A stretch of 64,000 bases of DNA from Lama glama. Lineage: Eukaryota. Shown here piece by piece: positions 40,715 to 54,096 of the stretch (its first letter is position 1; the number at the start of each line of letters is the position of its first letter). The notes beneath the pieces were generated by a model that was not told where the DNA came from, made no database searches, and was given only the letters and a program-made list of their open reading frames with translations. Both the position numbers and the translations under genes were made by a program. The stretch covers positions 48,424,001-48,488,000 of the forward strand of contig CM052816.1 in assembly GCA_028534125.1 (NCBI GenBank), read 5' to 3'.

Positions 40715-41089
40715 TTCAGGAAAATTTCCTGTAATCTGTTTACAGTTATCTCTTTGTTATGATTGATACTGTTTTAATTCAAAGGGTTTCTAATTTTGGA
40801 AAAAAATAATTTAATATATTAAAGAAAGAATAAAACAAGTTCACATTCATTCTGGAAAATCTTCATAGCCAAAAAAGTTTTGCTTTCTATAACTTAATTG
40901 TAAATTTATTATATATAAGCCACTATACACAACACACAGTGACACAACATAAATTGACTCAGGATGAGGTCCTTGATTGAAAGCGTTTTATATTTTTCTG
41001 TCCTGGGCATATATTCAAAATAACAATGTTAGAATTTTACTGATATAGTAACATGATCATAATATCTCATTAGGGATAATAAAAGACAT

Positions 41090-41725
41090 GCCTTGCTGGC
41101 TTTACTTCCAGTTCTCTCACTGATCACTTCTCACTAATGCCTCTAATATCACTTTACTCCAAACTGCCATCAGCTCTCACCTCACATATGATCTTCTAGT
41201 TGCCTGATTTCTATTCTTATACCCTGCAATGAACTTTTCAGAGTGGAGCCAATCCTTCCAATTCCAGCTATTATCTAGGCTGCCCTCTTTATATGATCTC
41301 ATCCCATACTACTGTACTTTCATTCACTAAACTCGTCAGTTCATCTTTTTTTATTGACTTCCAAAGATCTATAGTCTCATGGCTTTTGCATCCTCTACTA
41401 TTCCCTTTACTGAATCGTCTTCCTGCAGCTCTCTGAATGACTGACTTTACTTACCACTTAGATTTTGCTTACCACTACCTCAAAGATAACTTTACTAATA
41501 TCCTATATAATGGAGACCTTGATCTCCATTAAACAGGATATTAATCATCTTCCTAATAACTCTTATAACTCCATATTATTCTCTTCAGTGTATTTATATA
41601 CTTCTCCATTTTCTATCTGCCCCATTTTAATGTAAGTATCTACCAAGAACAGAAATCATGGCTGTCTTTTTTTGATTTCCACTGCTTAGAAGAGTATTCG
41701 ATACATAGCAAGGAGTCAATAGTTT
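41090..41725 (+). mobile_element. LINE-2 3' region relic
   Basis: Pyrimidine-rich L2-like text ending 'aatgtaagtatctaccaagaacagaaatcatggctgtctt...ctgcttagaagagtattcgatacatagcaaggagtcaata'. Confidence 0.7.
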
Positions 41726-43204
41726 TGAAATTAGCAGAAGCTAATTAGAACTTATGAAAGAATGCCTTTGCAACTAAGGAAATAATTTTAAAGGATCTGT
41801 ATATATATTTATTTTATGTATATGTATTAATGGATATGTATGTCATTATAATTTGATTAAAAAAAAGACATTATTTGTCTCACTAAAGACTACATCACTC
41901 AAAAAAAGCTTTTGAATAAATACTTTGAAAAGGAAGGAGACCCTCCATGTATTTGGAAGAAATGGTGAACAATTTAAAGGAGAAATACAAAGATTCCTAA
42001 AAGAATGAGGCACATTGAACTAAGAAAAACCTCATTGATTAAACCTTGGAAATATTCCTGGTTTGACAATTCTAAACACTGCTTATCACCTCTTCCTTGA
42101 TTTATCAACTTTAAACTGAATCTATGGATTATCCACCACAAAAATGAGAATTGCATTGTTTTAATTACATTGTCCTCCTCTTTTTTGGAATATTTTAGTA
42201 TTTCCATTAGTTACTTTTATAATTTTAAACTATACTCTTAAACTTACTTCCTGATACTTCAACTTTACAGTATAGTTTCTGCTCCATATATAGATAAGTA
42301 AGAGAGCACCATATAATTCTCTTAGTCTCTAAATAATAAAACATGAAACTGTTTATATAATGTTACTGGATTCATTATCTTGATACAGACTTTTAGATTT
42401 AAAACTTAGAAGCCTGTATGTTACTGTCTTTAGCAAAACTATATATCACTTTTATACAGATAATTAGAAGTCAGTTGATCTGCCTCTGGAATTTAAAAAA
42501 TGATATTTTCATAATTATTTTTCTGCCTGTGTTTTATCTGTTCACCTTTTCTCAAACTTCTAAATGACTGACTTTAGAAATCATGTATAACAAAAATTTT
42601 GTTTCTTTCCATGTGTTATATGCTCCAAAATTTCTCAATATCTTTTTCTTACGGTCTGTTAAATATTTTGTTAGGCAGTGCTATGTTAACATCAAAGAAA
42701 TTTCTTTTGCTTTTAGCTTGGTGTTTTCCACTATAATATTTTCTGTTGTAGTTGATGTAACATATCTTCAATTCTCAGAAATTCTTATTGGAAAAATTCA
42801 GCTTTCTTTTCCTATATTATTTTTATTTCCTTATTAACCAGTTGGTCTAATTAGCTCATCTTGATCCTCTGTAATCTGTTGCTGATTTTCCTCAAAAATC
42901 TGGTGATGACTAGTCATTCGGTCAAATTTAAGAATGCACTGTGCTTATTCATATGAAAGTGACTGTTAAAATATGGACAGCAGATATTTTCATAAGTCTT
43001 ATCCCCAAATAAAGATATTCTCTACAAGTTCTTTTTAAGTGGTAGGAAATACAAAACGCTAAATTGCATCTATATCAAGAGGCAAGCAGCCACATATTAC
43101 AACCTCTGATCTATCTTTTGTAATAAACCCAAGGATTACATTAGTTGTTCTTTATTCAGTAGCTATTTAAATCCTCAAAATACCTCTCTGAATTTGTTGT
43201 CACT

Positions 43205-43325
43205 GATATCCCCAGTGTAGATGTAAGGAGACAAGAATTACAAAGTTTAATAACTTGTCCACATTCATAAGGTAGTAGGTGTTGGAGCCATTTTTATATC
43301 CTGACAATTTGATGCCAGAATTCAC
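43205..43325 (-). mobile_element. MIR relic
   Basis: 'ccccagtgtagatgtaaggagac...gtttaataacttgtccacattcataaggtagtaggtgttggagcc'. Confidence 0.55.
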
Positions 43326-43814
43326 TGTAATTTAACATCATTCATTCTAGGAAGTTTCCTTAATTTTTTTCATCAATGTCATACTTTATTCTTCATGTGT
43401 ATTCATTCTAACAACCAGTGCTTATACTGAAAATTTCTTATTTTTAATTTCATAAGACTTTACATAATTTATAGTTTATTTTCTTCTCTTTCCAACTGCT
43501 TCTTTTATCAACTGCTTTTTTTTTTGAGGATACAGACTCTTCTTATTTTATGAATTCAATAGATTATCATATTTCTTTAATATGTTAGAATATTTACATT
43601 TTCTAATTTGTTATAAGTTTCCTGTATTAATTCTGTTTTCTACAAAGTCAGATAACCACTTTGTTATTCCTGAAGCTTCTCTTTCATATTTTTCTCAAGT
43701 ATCCGGGGGGTATCGGATGAAGATTTATATTAATGAATAAAAATTAGGTGGATCATGGAGGATATTTTTTTATGAATGTTCTTTGCTATACTTAGTTGTT
43801 TTTTCTTAAAACCT

Positions 43815-43918
43815 CTATATTAATATTCTATTGCTGCTATAATAAATTACTACAATCCTGATTACTCAAAACAACACAAATTTAACTTTTTCTAGTACTA
43901 GAAACCAGAAGTATGAAC
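43815..43918 (-). mobile_element. MaLR LTR 3'-end fragment (MLT1-like)
   Basis: 'tctattgctgctataataaattactacaa...tcaaaacaacacaaattt...ctagaaaccagaagtatgaa'. Confidence 0.7.
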
Positions 43919-44049
43919 TCACTTAATATAGTTTGAATGATGCGTTCTTTTTTTTTTTTGATTTATCTGAAGAGTATACATTATGGCTTTGTATTTCTAC
44001 AAGTTGGGAAGATTATAAATGCAAAAAGAATAGGGTAAGGAAAATAATT

Positions 44050-44460
44050 GCATTGGATTTGGTAGGTTTGAGATGCTTACCATCCATCTGATTAAGATTT
44101 GCATTGGATAGTAATAATGTAGTTTATGTTTAAAATATCATTAATGAGGTCTACCTTAGGAGATAGTAGAAATAAAATAAACTAGGACTCAGGATGAAGT
44201 TATGACACCATTCAGATTAAGATAAATAAAGCAGACTGAAAACTAGCAATTAGTAAAGTAGGAATGAAACCAAGACTGTGATGTGAGCAAAAACTAAAGG
44301 AGAATTGTGTTTAAAAGGAGGAGAAAGAGGTCTAATCTCAACAATACCAATCCCTGTTGAGAGAAAAGTAAGGTAAGAATAGAAAAATGTTGGATTTGAT
44401 AAAATAGAGGTTATTGAGGACCTTGCCAAGAACATTTAATAGAATGGTTGAGCAAATAAA
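44050..44460 (-). mobile_element. LINE-2 relic
   Basis: 'ggtttgagatgcttaccatccat', 'gcagactgaaaactagcaattag', 'ttggatttgataaaatagaggttattgaggaccttgccaagaac'. Confidence 0.55.
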
Positions 44461-46749
44461 TTATTAAATGAGGTAAGTTTGTATTCAGGTTTCTAGAAGT
44501 ATGGCTTAGTCTGCAGTTGCAATATACTTTATAAATGCATATTTTGTACAACATATAGACACATAGCATAGGTCTTTGTTTTTCATGTTAAAAATATGTA
44601 TTGATGCCATTTAAATCACTTAGCGTGAAATTACAATCAAACAAGTTGAGAATCAGCCTTATTTTCATATATCTACATTGATGCTTATACAGCATCAGAT
44701 TTCTTATTTAAAGTAAAGTAATTTATTTCTTTGATATTTTTAGAGTTGACTGATTTAAGTTTTCACTGTGGTCTTCTAGGATTGGTAAAGGTTAAGAGAG
44801 TAGACTTCTACTGTATTAAACAAGGTTAATGATCATACAAGTGGATACAAAAGAAGAGTATTCTATTAGTAAGAATAGTGTGAACAAAGTTCTGAACATT
44901 TGATCACAAGTCTGATTAAAAAACAAGATTTGTCTATGGTAGTATTTTTTTTCTGAAGAGAGAAATTATATTTAAGGAATAGCATGGAATTCTAGGTTAC
45001 ACAGTTTAGATTTTTATCTTATAGGATTGAAATGTCACTAGCATATTTTCAACTAGAGTTATCACATAAAAATTTGAAGATTTATCTTAAATAGTACATG
45101 GCAGGTTGCAATAGGATGATAAACACTGATCTGAATAAGAGTTCTTCTATCAAAGACAAACGTCCAATTTAAATAGAGAAAGAAATGTGGCTATGAAGTG
45201 TGCGATCAGTACAAAGTAAATTTCTTTGTAAAATGTGAATTTGATAGTATATAGAAGCACCCTATTAAGTGGTTAAAATTATCTATATCCCTTCTCTCAT
45301 TCTAATCAATCTCATTTTACTCAATAAAATGGTTTATATTTTGTTCTTCCAATCATCTTTCTTAGTTAAGAATAAAGTTCCATGAGAGAGGCTTATTTTA
45401 ATTTCTTTTCAATGATCATTTAAAGAGTGTCAGAGGGCTAGAAGGACATGTGGGAATTGATAGTGCTCTGCCATTGCCATGTTGCTTTTTCCAATAAATA
45501 TGGAAAACTGGACTTTGATTTAGCAATTCAACTAACCAAAATGGCTACCTATATTTTACTCAAGTAATCAGCAAAATATTGGGAAGACTATTTGTTATTA
45601 TAATGTTCATTTTTTCCGTTGTACTGTGATGCTCCTGGCCTTGGTATATTTCTTGAGAGTGGCTGCAGGAAAATTATTTGTATTTGTCAGAAGTCAGGAA
45701 TTTATGATGTGCCTCTTAGCAGTACTAAGGCAAAGAATGAAAATTGTTATTCTTAGTGTAGTTCTGTAAGGCTAACTCTTGAAACTTACATCTGACCCAA
45801 GAATCTGCTTTACAATGCAGTACTGCTTTTATGCTGGTTTTTAATTTGAAAAAGCTCTGCCCAACAGATGCAGAAAGATTCAGGATTTCTTCTACGTGAG
45901 GCATTTTAAAAGAAGTCATAAATACAGGACAGAATTAACATAACCTTGTTAAGCCAAATTGAGTTATGACATATGAATATTGAGCTTCCACATAATACTG
46001 ACCTTGGATAAAACCAGTTCCCATTGTTTAGCAGCAAAAAGTTTGTGACTAAGTGAGTGATTTAAGACAGTGAACAATAAGTAATTCTTTATTTCAACAA
46101 GGTGAAAACTTACTATTCTGATGATTACTCACAAGAACAAAAAATACACTAGTAAATACAATGCATTTTTTAATTTTAATTAATAATACATCTTCAGGAA
46201 TTTATTGAAGCCTTGACTGTTGCCGCATTGGTCCTAAAAGTTTACTAGATATGTAGAATTTTAGAACTAGAAAAACTATCAGTGATGCCTACATCTTAGA
46301 GATTAGGAAATAGTCCATGAGAAATTTAAAATTATGCCAAATTTTAGAGAGAAAATTTATGGTAGAGCAAGGCTGAGAAATATTCAATTAAACAATTTTA
46401 AATAGCTTTTTTATTGCAGGACTTTTTAGAGCCTTAAAATACATGAATGAGCATTGTGCCTCTTCTAGAAGGGAATACAGTGTATGCAGTTTATGACACT
46501 TACATGAAAGTAAGAACTACTAGAGAATACCTATAACTATTTCTCTTAGGACACACGTGTTTCATAGCACCTAATTTAGGGAAATGCTAGAAAAGATTAA
46601 TAGTGTTACATATTAATAATTTATCAATTATGCATTCCTTAAAATTATAATCAAAAGTAGCTTATACCTAGCTTAGTTATGGACATAATTCAGATATATT
46701 TTAATTTTAAAATCATGTCTATTAAATTTATATACACCTATTTTTATAA

Positions 46750-47350
46750 AAACATATTTTACATAATTTCCTAAATATGATAATTTTTACTCTCCTCTCA
46801 CCTGATTTTCCCTTTTCTAACCAAGACAATAATTTTAAATTAATTATATGTCTTAGAAAACATATTCTGAAGTACATCTAATCATATGTGGGAATGAATG
46901 CACATAATCACTCATATACATTTATAGGAATTATACTTGTTTTACACAAATGACATTATATACAATTTTCTGAATCTTCTTTTCACTCAGAGTAATTGGT
47001 AATCCCTCATATCTCCTAGTTCATTTTTTCAAGTGGTTTCAAATTTTTTTCAATGTATCGATACATAATGATTTATTTAACTAGACAATCATTTTTGACT
47101 TTATAGAAATCCAGAACTAAATACCTTTGTATATATAATCATATTCAGATGTTCTTATTTTTATGGGAAAGACCTTCCTGAAATGGGATTCCTAGGTCAA
47201 GAGATATATGCACCTTTTTAAAATAATGGCTATTGAAAAGTCTTGTGAAGAGGCCATAATAAATATCCAACTGCAATGAGCATGTCTTTTATTCATATAT
47301 CAATTATCAATACTAATGACTTCTCTCTTTCTGCCAGTTGTATGGGTGCA
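46750..47350 (-). mobile_element. Decayed old L1 3' fragment
   Basis: 'caattttctgaatcttcttttcactcag', 'acataatgatttatttaac', 'ttcctgaaatgggattcctaggtcaagagatatatgcac'. Confidence 0.5.
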
Positions 47351-48331
47351 TAGGGTTAATAATAGTTTTCAACAACCCCAGAAGACAACAACTGGCTGAT
47401 TGATAATTCAACCACTGTCTCCTAAACCAGTGAGAGAGACACTTTCTGCTCAATAATTAATTGTGCCATTCCAAAATTTGGCAAATGTCCTAAAGGAAAC
47501 AGCTGTAATGACTGTGGAGCTCACCTTGATATGCTTTCCTTATCTCATTTGTTGAAACATCTCTAGTTCTATTTATATTTGTGACTTCATTATCTTCAGT
47601 CAGTTTTTAAAATATATTTACCTGACTTTTCCTGCTGTTTTAAGAAACAAGGTTGTACACAAACCGTTCTGTCATGACTGGACCCAGAAATCTGTTGTTT
47701 AATAGTTTTTTTTGCTTCCTCATTTTTCTGATCCATATTTTTATTTATTTAAGCATTTTATATTTAGTTATTTTGTATTCTGTGTCCGATGCTTCCCAAA
47801 TTTTCACATTTAACTTCTCTGTTAATATTGATTGTATCTTATTTCCTCTCATAATTTATAATCTCTCATCATGAGTTCATATTTGAGTGATGCTAACTGA
47901 TGGGAATTATAGTAGTCTCTATTAAGGAATGCTCTCTTGCAGAGAGAATTTCATATGATTCAGCTGGGATTCAGAAGGCACTGTGGAACAACTTTACTCT
48001 TCTTCCAGGGATTCTGGTTTTAATGAAGAAGTGTCACCGCCTACATTTTGTCACACATGTCATAGTTACTCTGTTTATTACTGTGTTTATAGTTGCAGGT
48101 TTACTGAAGGATTTCCATTTTTGCTCATGTATTTTCCACTTAGTGCTCAAGTTTCAATTTATGGGTTAAAGTATGTTTTTATTTTTATTTAGGGATTCTT
48201 GATGATTTAGCAGGCTTCCTATGGGAATGATGATACACTCAATTGTATACAATTTAAAATTTATTTTGTAAATTTCCTAATTAAAATAGAATATATTTTA
48301 TATTTGAACACTAAATAAATCAACTTATTTT

Positions 48332-48422
48332 AAAAAAAATTTTAATGGACATACTGGGGATTGAACCCAGGACCTCATTCATGCTAAGCATGTGCTCTAC
48401 CACTGAACTATTTCCCTCCCCC
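48332..48422 (-). mobile_element. Second tRNA-Ala-derived SINE (Vic-1-like, short form)
   Basis: 'tactggggattgaacccaggacctcattcatgctaagcatgtgctctaccactgaactatttccctccccc' matches the head of the SINE at 34351-34421. Confidence 0.9.
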
Positions 48423-49059
48423 GTTATTTTGTTTTTGATTTTTCCATCCAGGTACATGGATTTTCTTTTTCCATCTGTTAAGATATTTCATGTCTCTCAG
48501 GAAATTTTTTTTCTTGGTGGTCACTATGTCTCCCTTGTTCAAATTTTTCACAAATATTTTATATTCTTTTTATTTACATTATAATTGATGGTTTTAATTT
48601 TTTTCTCTAGGGAATTTTTACTAGATCAAAAAAAAAACCTGCTATACACTCTGTTCCTTGCTTTTTACTAATTTATGTGGGCTATTTTTTCTTATTTATT
48701 AGATTTTTCCAAGAATGCGCTTATGTCGACAAAAGAGAAATGTTTTAGATCTTACTTTTCCAGTGTTTATACAAGTTATTTAATTTGCTGGTATTACTAC
48801 ATGCACTATTTTTTCACAACAAGATTAAATACTAACAGGGGTTAGAATTTGCTTTGTCCAAATACTGATTTAATTAAACATTTTTTAGTACTTCATTTAG
48901 AATATTAATTGCTACTTATTTTGAAATCTAATCATTTAATGAATTTCCTTATACTCCGAATTTACTTAAAGTTTTATTATCAAATCATGTTTAAGTATTT
49001 ATTGATAAAATATTGAGAATTTTCTTCTTACTCTTAGAATTAGGTATATGGTAACAGGT

Positions 49060-49455
49060 ATGGAGCTGAGGTGAGAGGAGATCAGCCCTTAACCCATCTT
49101 TGTTTGCTGATTGGCTTTCCCAAGAGAGGAGTAAACCTTCTTCTATCTTCGTAACAAGAGGTAGTTTTACAACTTGGACCAAAGTGCCCCACAGAAGTCA
49201 GGTTCCATGGAGAGGAGGTGCTATCTTCCTTGATGATTACATTTCAAAGAAATAATTTCCAGATCTTTGAGAAAGACATTACTGGGTTGTTAAACTGGCA
49301 AAGGGCTTTTAAAAAGATTTATACTTCAAAGGGGCAGAGAAAGAGCTTTACAAGTTTTCTAAAGTAAATGCTCTACAAGAAGTGTTATAAGGAGCCTCCA
49401 GTCAGGAAACAGTCTATGGAAAGTTTAGTTAAGCTGAGGGTAAAGTTAAACCCAT
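49060..49455 (-). mobile_element. ERV1-class LTR (MER31-like), main part; its terminal ~20 bp lie at 56103-56123 beyond the L1
   Basis: 'gattacatttcaaag...tgagaaagacatt.ctgggttgt.aaactggcaa...caaaggggcagagaaaga...caagttttctaaagtaaatgctct...aagtttagttaagctgaggg'. The continuation is 'aagttaaacctatcttgatca' (reverse complement TGATCAAGA..., an LTR TG terminus). Confidence 0.7.
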
Positions 49456-49793
49456 TTTTTTTTTTAATAACCATTTGTTAAAATTGAAGGATAGTCATTT
49501 AAAAGTGTGTCAATTTCTGGTGTATGGCATAATGTTTCGGTCATATATATAAATACATAGATTCCTTTTAATGTTCTTTTTCATTATAGGTTACTGTAAG
49601 ATATTGAAAATAGTTCACAGTGTCATATAGTATAAGCTTGTTTATCTGTTCTAGATATAGTAGATAGTATCTGCAGATCTTGAATTCCCAATTTATCCCT
49701 TCCCACCCTCTTTCCCCTAGTAACCATAAGTTAGTTCTCTATATCTGTAAGTCTGTTTCTATTTTGTAAATAAGTTCCTTTGTGTCCTTTTTT

Positions 49794-52700
49794 TTAGATT
49801 TCACATATGTGTGATATCATATGGTATTTTTCTTTCTCTTTCTGGCTTATTTTGCTTAGAATGACAGTCTCCAGATCCCTCCATGTTGCCACAAATGGCA
49901 TTATTTTATTCTTTTTTATGGCTGAGTAGTATTCCATTGTGTATATATGGAAATATACACACAATTTCTTTATCCATTCATCTGTCAATGGGCACTTAAA
50001 TTGTTTTCATGTCTTGGCTATTGTAAATAGTGCTGCTGTGAACACTGGGGTACATGTGTCTTTTCAAATTATAGTTTTCTCCAGATATATGCTCAGAAAT
50101 GGGATTGCTGGATCATATGATAAGTCTACTTGTAGTTTTTGTAAGGAACCTCCATACTGTCCTCTACAGTAACTGCACCAATTTACATTTCCACTAACAG
50201 TGTAGGATGGTTTCCTTTTCTCCACAACCTCTCCAGTATTTATTTGTAGACTTTTTAATGATGGATATTCTGACTGGCATGAGGTGATACCACGTTGTAG
50301 TTTTGATTTGAATTTCTCTAATAATTAGAGATGTTGAACATCTTTTCTTTTGCCTGTTGACCATCTGGATGTCTTCTTTGGAAAACTGTTTATTTAGGTC
50401 TGCTTATTTCTGGATAGGGGTGCTTGTTTTTTGTTTCTTTTTCTTTTTCTTTTTTATTAAGCTGTATGTGCTGTCTGTATATTTTGGAATTATTCCCTTG
50501 TTAGTCTCATAATTTGCAAAAAATTTGTCCCATTCTATAGATTGTCTTTTCATTTTGTTGATGGTATCTTTAGCTGTGGAAAAGCTTTCAGGTTTAATTA
50601 GGTCCCATTTGTTTATTTTTGCTTTTTTTCATTATTTTAGGAGCTGGTTCAAAAGAAATATTGCTACAATTTATGTCAGAGTGTTCTGCCTATATTTTCC
50701 TCTAGGAGTTTTATAGTATCTGCTCTTACATTTAGGTTTTAATCCATTTTGAGTTTATTTTTGTATATGGTGTTAGAAAATGCTGTAATTTCATTCTTTT
50801 ACATGTAGCTGCCCAGTTTTCCCAGCACTGCTTATTGAAGAGACTGTCTTTTCTCCATTGTCTATTCTTGCCTCCTTTGTCATAGATTAAGTGACGATAA
50901 GTGCATGAGTTTATTTCTGGACTCTCTATCTTGTTCCATTGATGTATGTGTCTGTTTTTGTGCCAGTACCATACTTTTTTGATTACTGTAGCTTTTTAGT
51001 ATAGTGTGAAGTCAGGGAGCATGATTCCCCAGCTTCGTTTTTATTTCCCAAGATTATTTTGACTATTTGGGATCTTTTGTATTTCCATACAAATTTTAAA
51101 AATTTTTGTTCCAGTTCTGTGAAAAATGTTATTGGTAATTTGATAGGAATTTCTTTGCAGCTGTATATTTTCTTGGGTTGTATGGCCATTTTAACAATAC
51201 TGATTCTTCTCATCCAAGGATACCCTTCCATCTGTTTATATCATCTTCAGTTTCTTTCATCAGTGTCTTATAGTTTTTGGAGTGCAGATCCTTTGCCTCC
51301 TTAGCTAGATTTATTCCTAGGTATTTTATTCTTTTGATCCAATGGTAAATGGGATTTTTTTTAAATGTCTTTTTCTGCTATTTTATTGTTAGTGTATAGA
51401 AATGCAGTTGATTTCTGTATATTAATTTTGTATCCTGAAACTTTACCAAACTCATTCATGAGCTCTAGTAGTTTTCTGGTAGTGTCTTTAGCATTTTCTG
51501 TGTATAGTATCATGTCATCTGCAAACAGTGACAGTATTATTTCTTCCTTTCCAATTTGGATTCCTTTCATTCCTTTCTCTTCTCTGATTGCTATTGCTAG
51601 GACTTCCAAAACTATGTTGAATAAAAGTGGCAAGAGTGGGCATCTGTCTTGTTCCTTAACTTGGAGGAAATGCTTTCAGCTTTTCACTGTTGAATATGAT
51701 GTTAGCTATGCATTCGTCATATATGACCTTGATTATGTTGATGTATATTCCTTCTATGCCCATTTTCTGAGACTTTTTATCATAAATTGATGTTGAATTT
51801 TATCAAAAGCTTTTTGGCATCCAGTGAGATGATCATATGGTTTTATTCTTCCATTTGTTAATGTGGTGTATGCCACTGATTGATTTCTGGATACCGAAAA
51901 ATCCTTGCATCCCTGGGATAAATCCCATTTGATCACAGTGTATGATTCTATTAATGCATTGTTGGAGTTAATTTTGTTTTTGTATTAGTATTTTGTTGAG
52001 CACATTTGCATCTATATTCATCAGTTATATTGGCCTGTAATTTTCTTTTGTGATATCTTTGTCTAGTTTTTGCATAAGGGTGATGGTGCTCTCTTAAAAT
52101 GAGTTTGGAAATGTTCCTTCCTATGTAATTTTGGGGAATAGTTTCAGAAATATAGGTATTAACTCTTCTCTAAATGTTTGGTAGAACTTCCCTGTGAAGT
52201 CATCTGGTCCTGGACTTTTGTAAAAAACAAGTGAGTTTTTAATTTACTGATGCAGTTGCAGTACTGGTAATTAGTCTGTTCATATTTTATATTTTTCCTG
52301 ATGCATTCTTAGCACATTGTACCTTTCTAAGAAATTGTCCATTTTTTTTCTAGGTTGTCCTTTTTGTTAGAGTATAGTTGCTTATAAAGTAGCCTCTTAT
52401 GATCCCTTGTCTGTGGTTTGGTTGTAGCTTTTACTTTTTCATTTCTGATTTTATTAATTTGGGCTCTCTCCCTTTTCTTCTTGATGAGTCCTGCAAAAGG
52501 TTTATCAATTTTTTTTAATCTTTTCAAAGAGCTGGCTTTTGTTTCATTGATCTTTTCTGTTGTTTTTAAATCTCTATTTCATTTATTTCTGTTCTAATCT
52601 TTATGATTTCTTTCCTTCTACCAACTTTGGGTTTTGTTTGTTCTTCTTTCTCTAGTTGCTTTAGGTATAAGGTTAGGCTGTTTATTTGAGATTTTTGTTT

Positions 52701-53622
52701 GTTTGTTTCCTGAGATAAGCTTGTATCAGTATAAACTTTCCTCTTAGAATTGCTTTCATTGTGTCCCAAAGGTTTTGGATCATTTTGTTTTCATTTTCAT
52801 TTGTCTCAAAGTATGTTTTTGATTTCCTCTTTGATTTCTTCAGTGATCCATTGGTTGTTTAGCAGCATATTGTTTAGCCTCCAGGTGTTTGCGGTTTTTG
52901 CAGTTTTTTTTTTTTTCCTGTAGTTGATTTGCAATCTCATAGTGGAGAGGTGGGAAAGGAAGCTTGATATGATTTCAATTTTCTTAAATTTAATGATGCT
53001 TACTTTGTGAGACAGCTTGTGATCTATTCTGAAGAATGTTCCATGTGCACTTGAGAAAAATGTGTATTCTGCTGCTTTCAAGTGGAATGCTCTATAAATA
53101 TTGATTAAATCTAATATGGCATTTAAGGCCTTTATTTCCTTATTGACTTTGTGTGTTGATGATCTATCCATTAATATAAGCAGGGTGTTTAGGTCCCCCG
53201 CTATTATTGTGTTTGTTGATTTCTCCTTTTATGCCTGTTAACAACTGCCTTATACATTGAGGTGCTCCTATGTTGGGTGCATGTATATTTACAATTGTTT
53301 TATCTTCTTCTTGGATTGATCACTTGAGCATTATGTAGTGTTTTTCTTTGTATCCTATTAGAGTCTTTATTTTAAAGTCTATTTTGTCTGATATAAGTAT
53401 TGCTACTTGAGCTTTCTTTTGGTTTCCTTCTGCATGGAGTAACTTTTTCCATCCTGTCACTTTCAGCCTGTATGAATCTCTAGCTCTGAATTCAGTCTCT
53501 TGTAGACAGCATATATATGGGTCTTATTTTTGTATCCATTCAGCCAGTCTATGTCTTTTGGTTGGAGTGTTTAATCCACTTACATATAAGATAATTATTG
53601 ACATATATTTTCTTATTGCCAT
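49794..53622 (-). pseudogene. L1 ORF2 (APE endonuclease + reverse transcriptase), disrupted
   Basis: Starts MAIRKYMSIIILYVSGLNTPTKRHRLAEWIQK*DPYICCLQE. Contains 'YTFFSSAHGTFFRIDH', '[12 protein letters not shown]...[11 protein letters not shown]' and ends 'MEYYSAIKKN...YHMISHICEI*'. Broken by stops and frameshifts. Confidence 0.95.
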
Positions 53623-54096
53623 TTTGTTAATTGTTTTGGATTTGCTTTTGGAGGTCTTTTTTTCTCTTTCTTCTTTTTGTTCTCTTGTTATTTGATGACT
53701 GTAGTGTTACATTTGGATTCTTCTTTCTTTTTTGTGTTTGTATCTATTATAAATTTTTGGTTTGTGTTTACCAAGAGGTTTTGGTAAAGTCTATTTATAT
53801 GTACATGATTGTTTTAAGTTGCTGATCTCTTAATTTCAAATGCATTTAAGATACTGTGCAGTCTTACCTTCCTCCCCTCATGATTATTGGTTGTGATACA
53901 ATATTTTGCATCTAATTTTTTGTGTATCCTTTAATGGCTTATTGTGGATATAGATGATTTTACTACTTTTGTCTTTTAACTTTCCTGTTAATTTGTATGT
54001 GAATGATTTCCTACCTTCATAGTATATTTGCCTTTACTGGTGAGCTTTCCCATTTTGTAATTTTCTTGTTTCTAGTCATGACATTTTCTTTTGTAC

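Noticed and set aside
51365..51790. 141-aa + strand ORF
   Set aside because: It is the antisense shadow of the L1 RT coding region, a common by-product with no independent evidence of coding.
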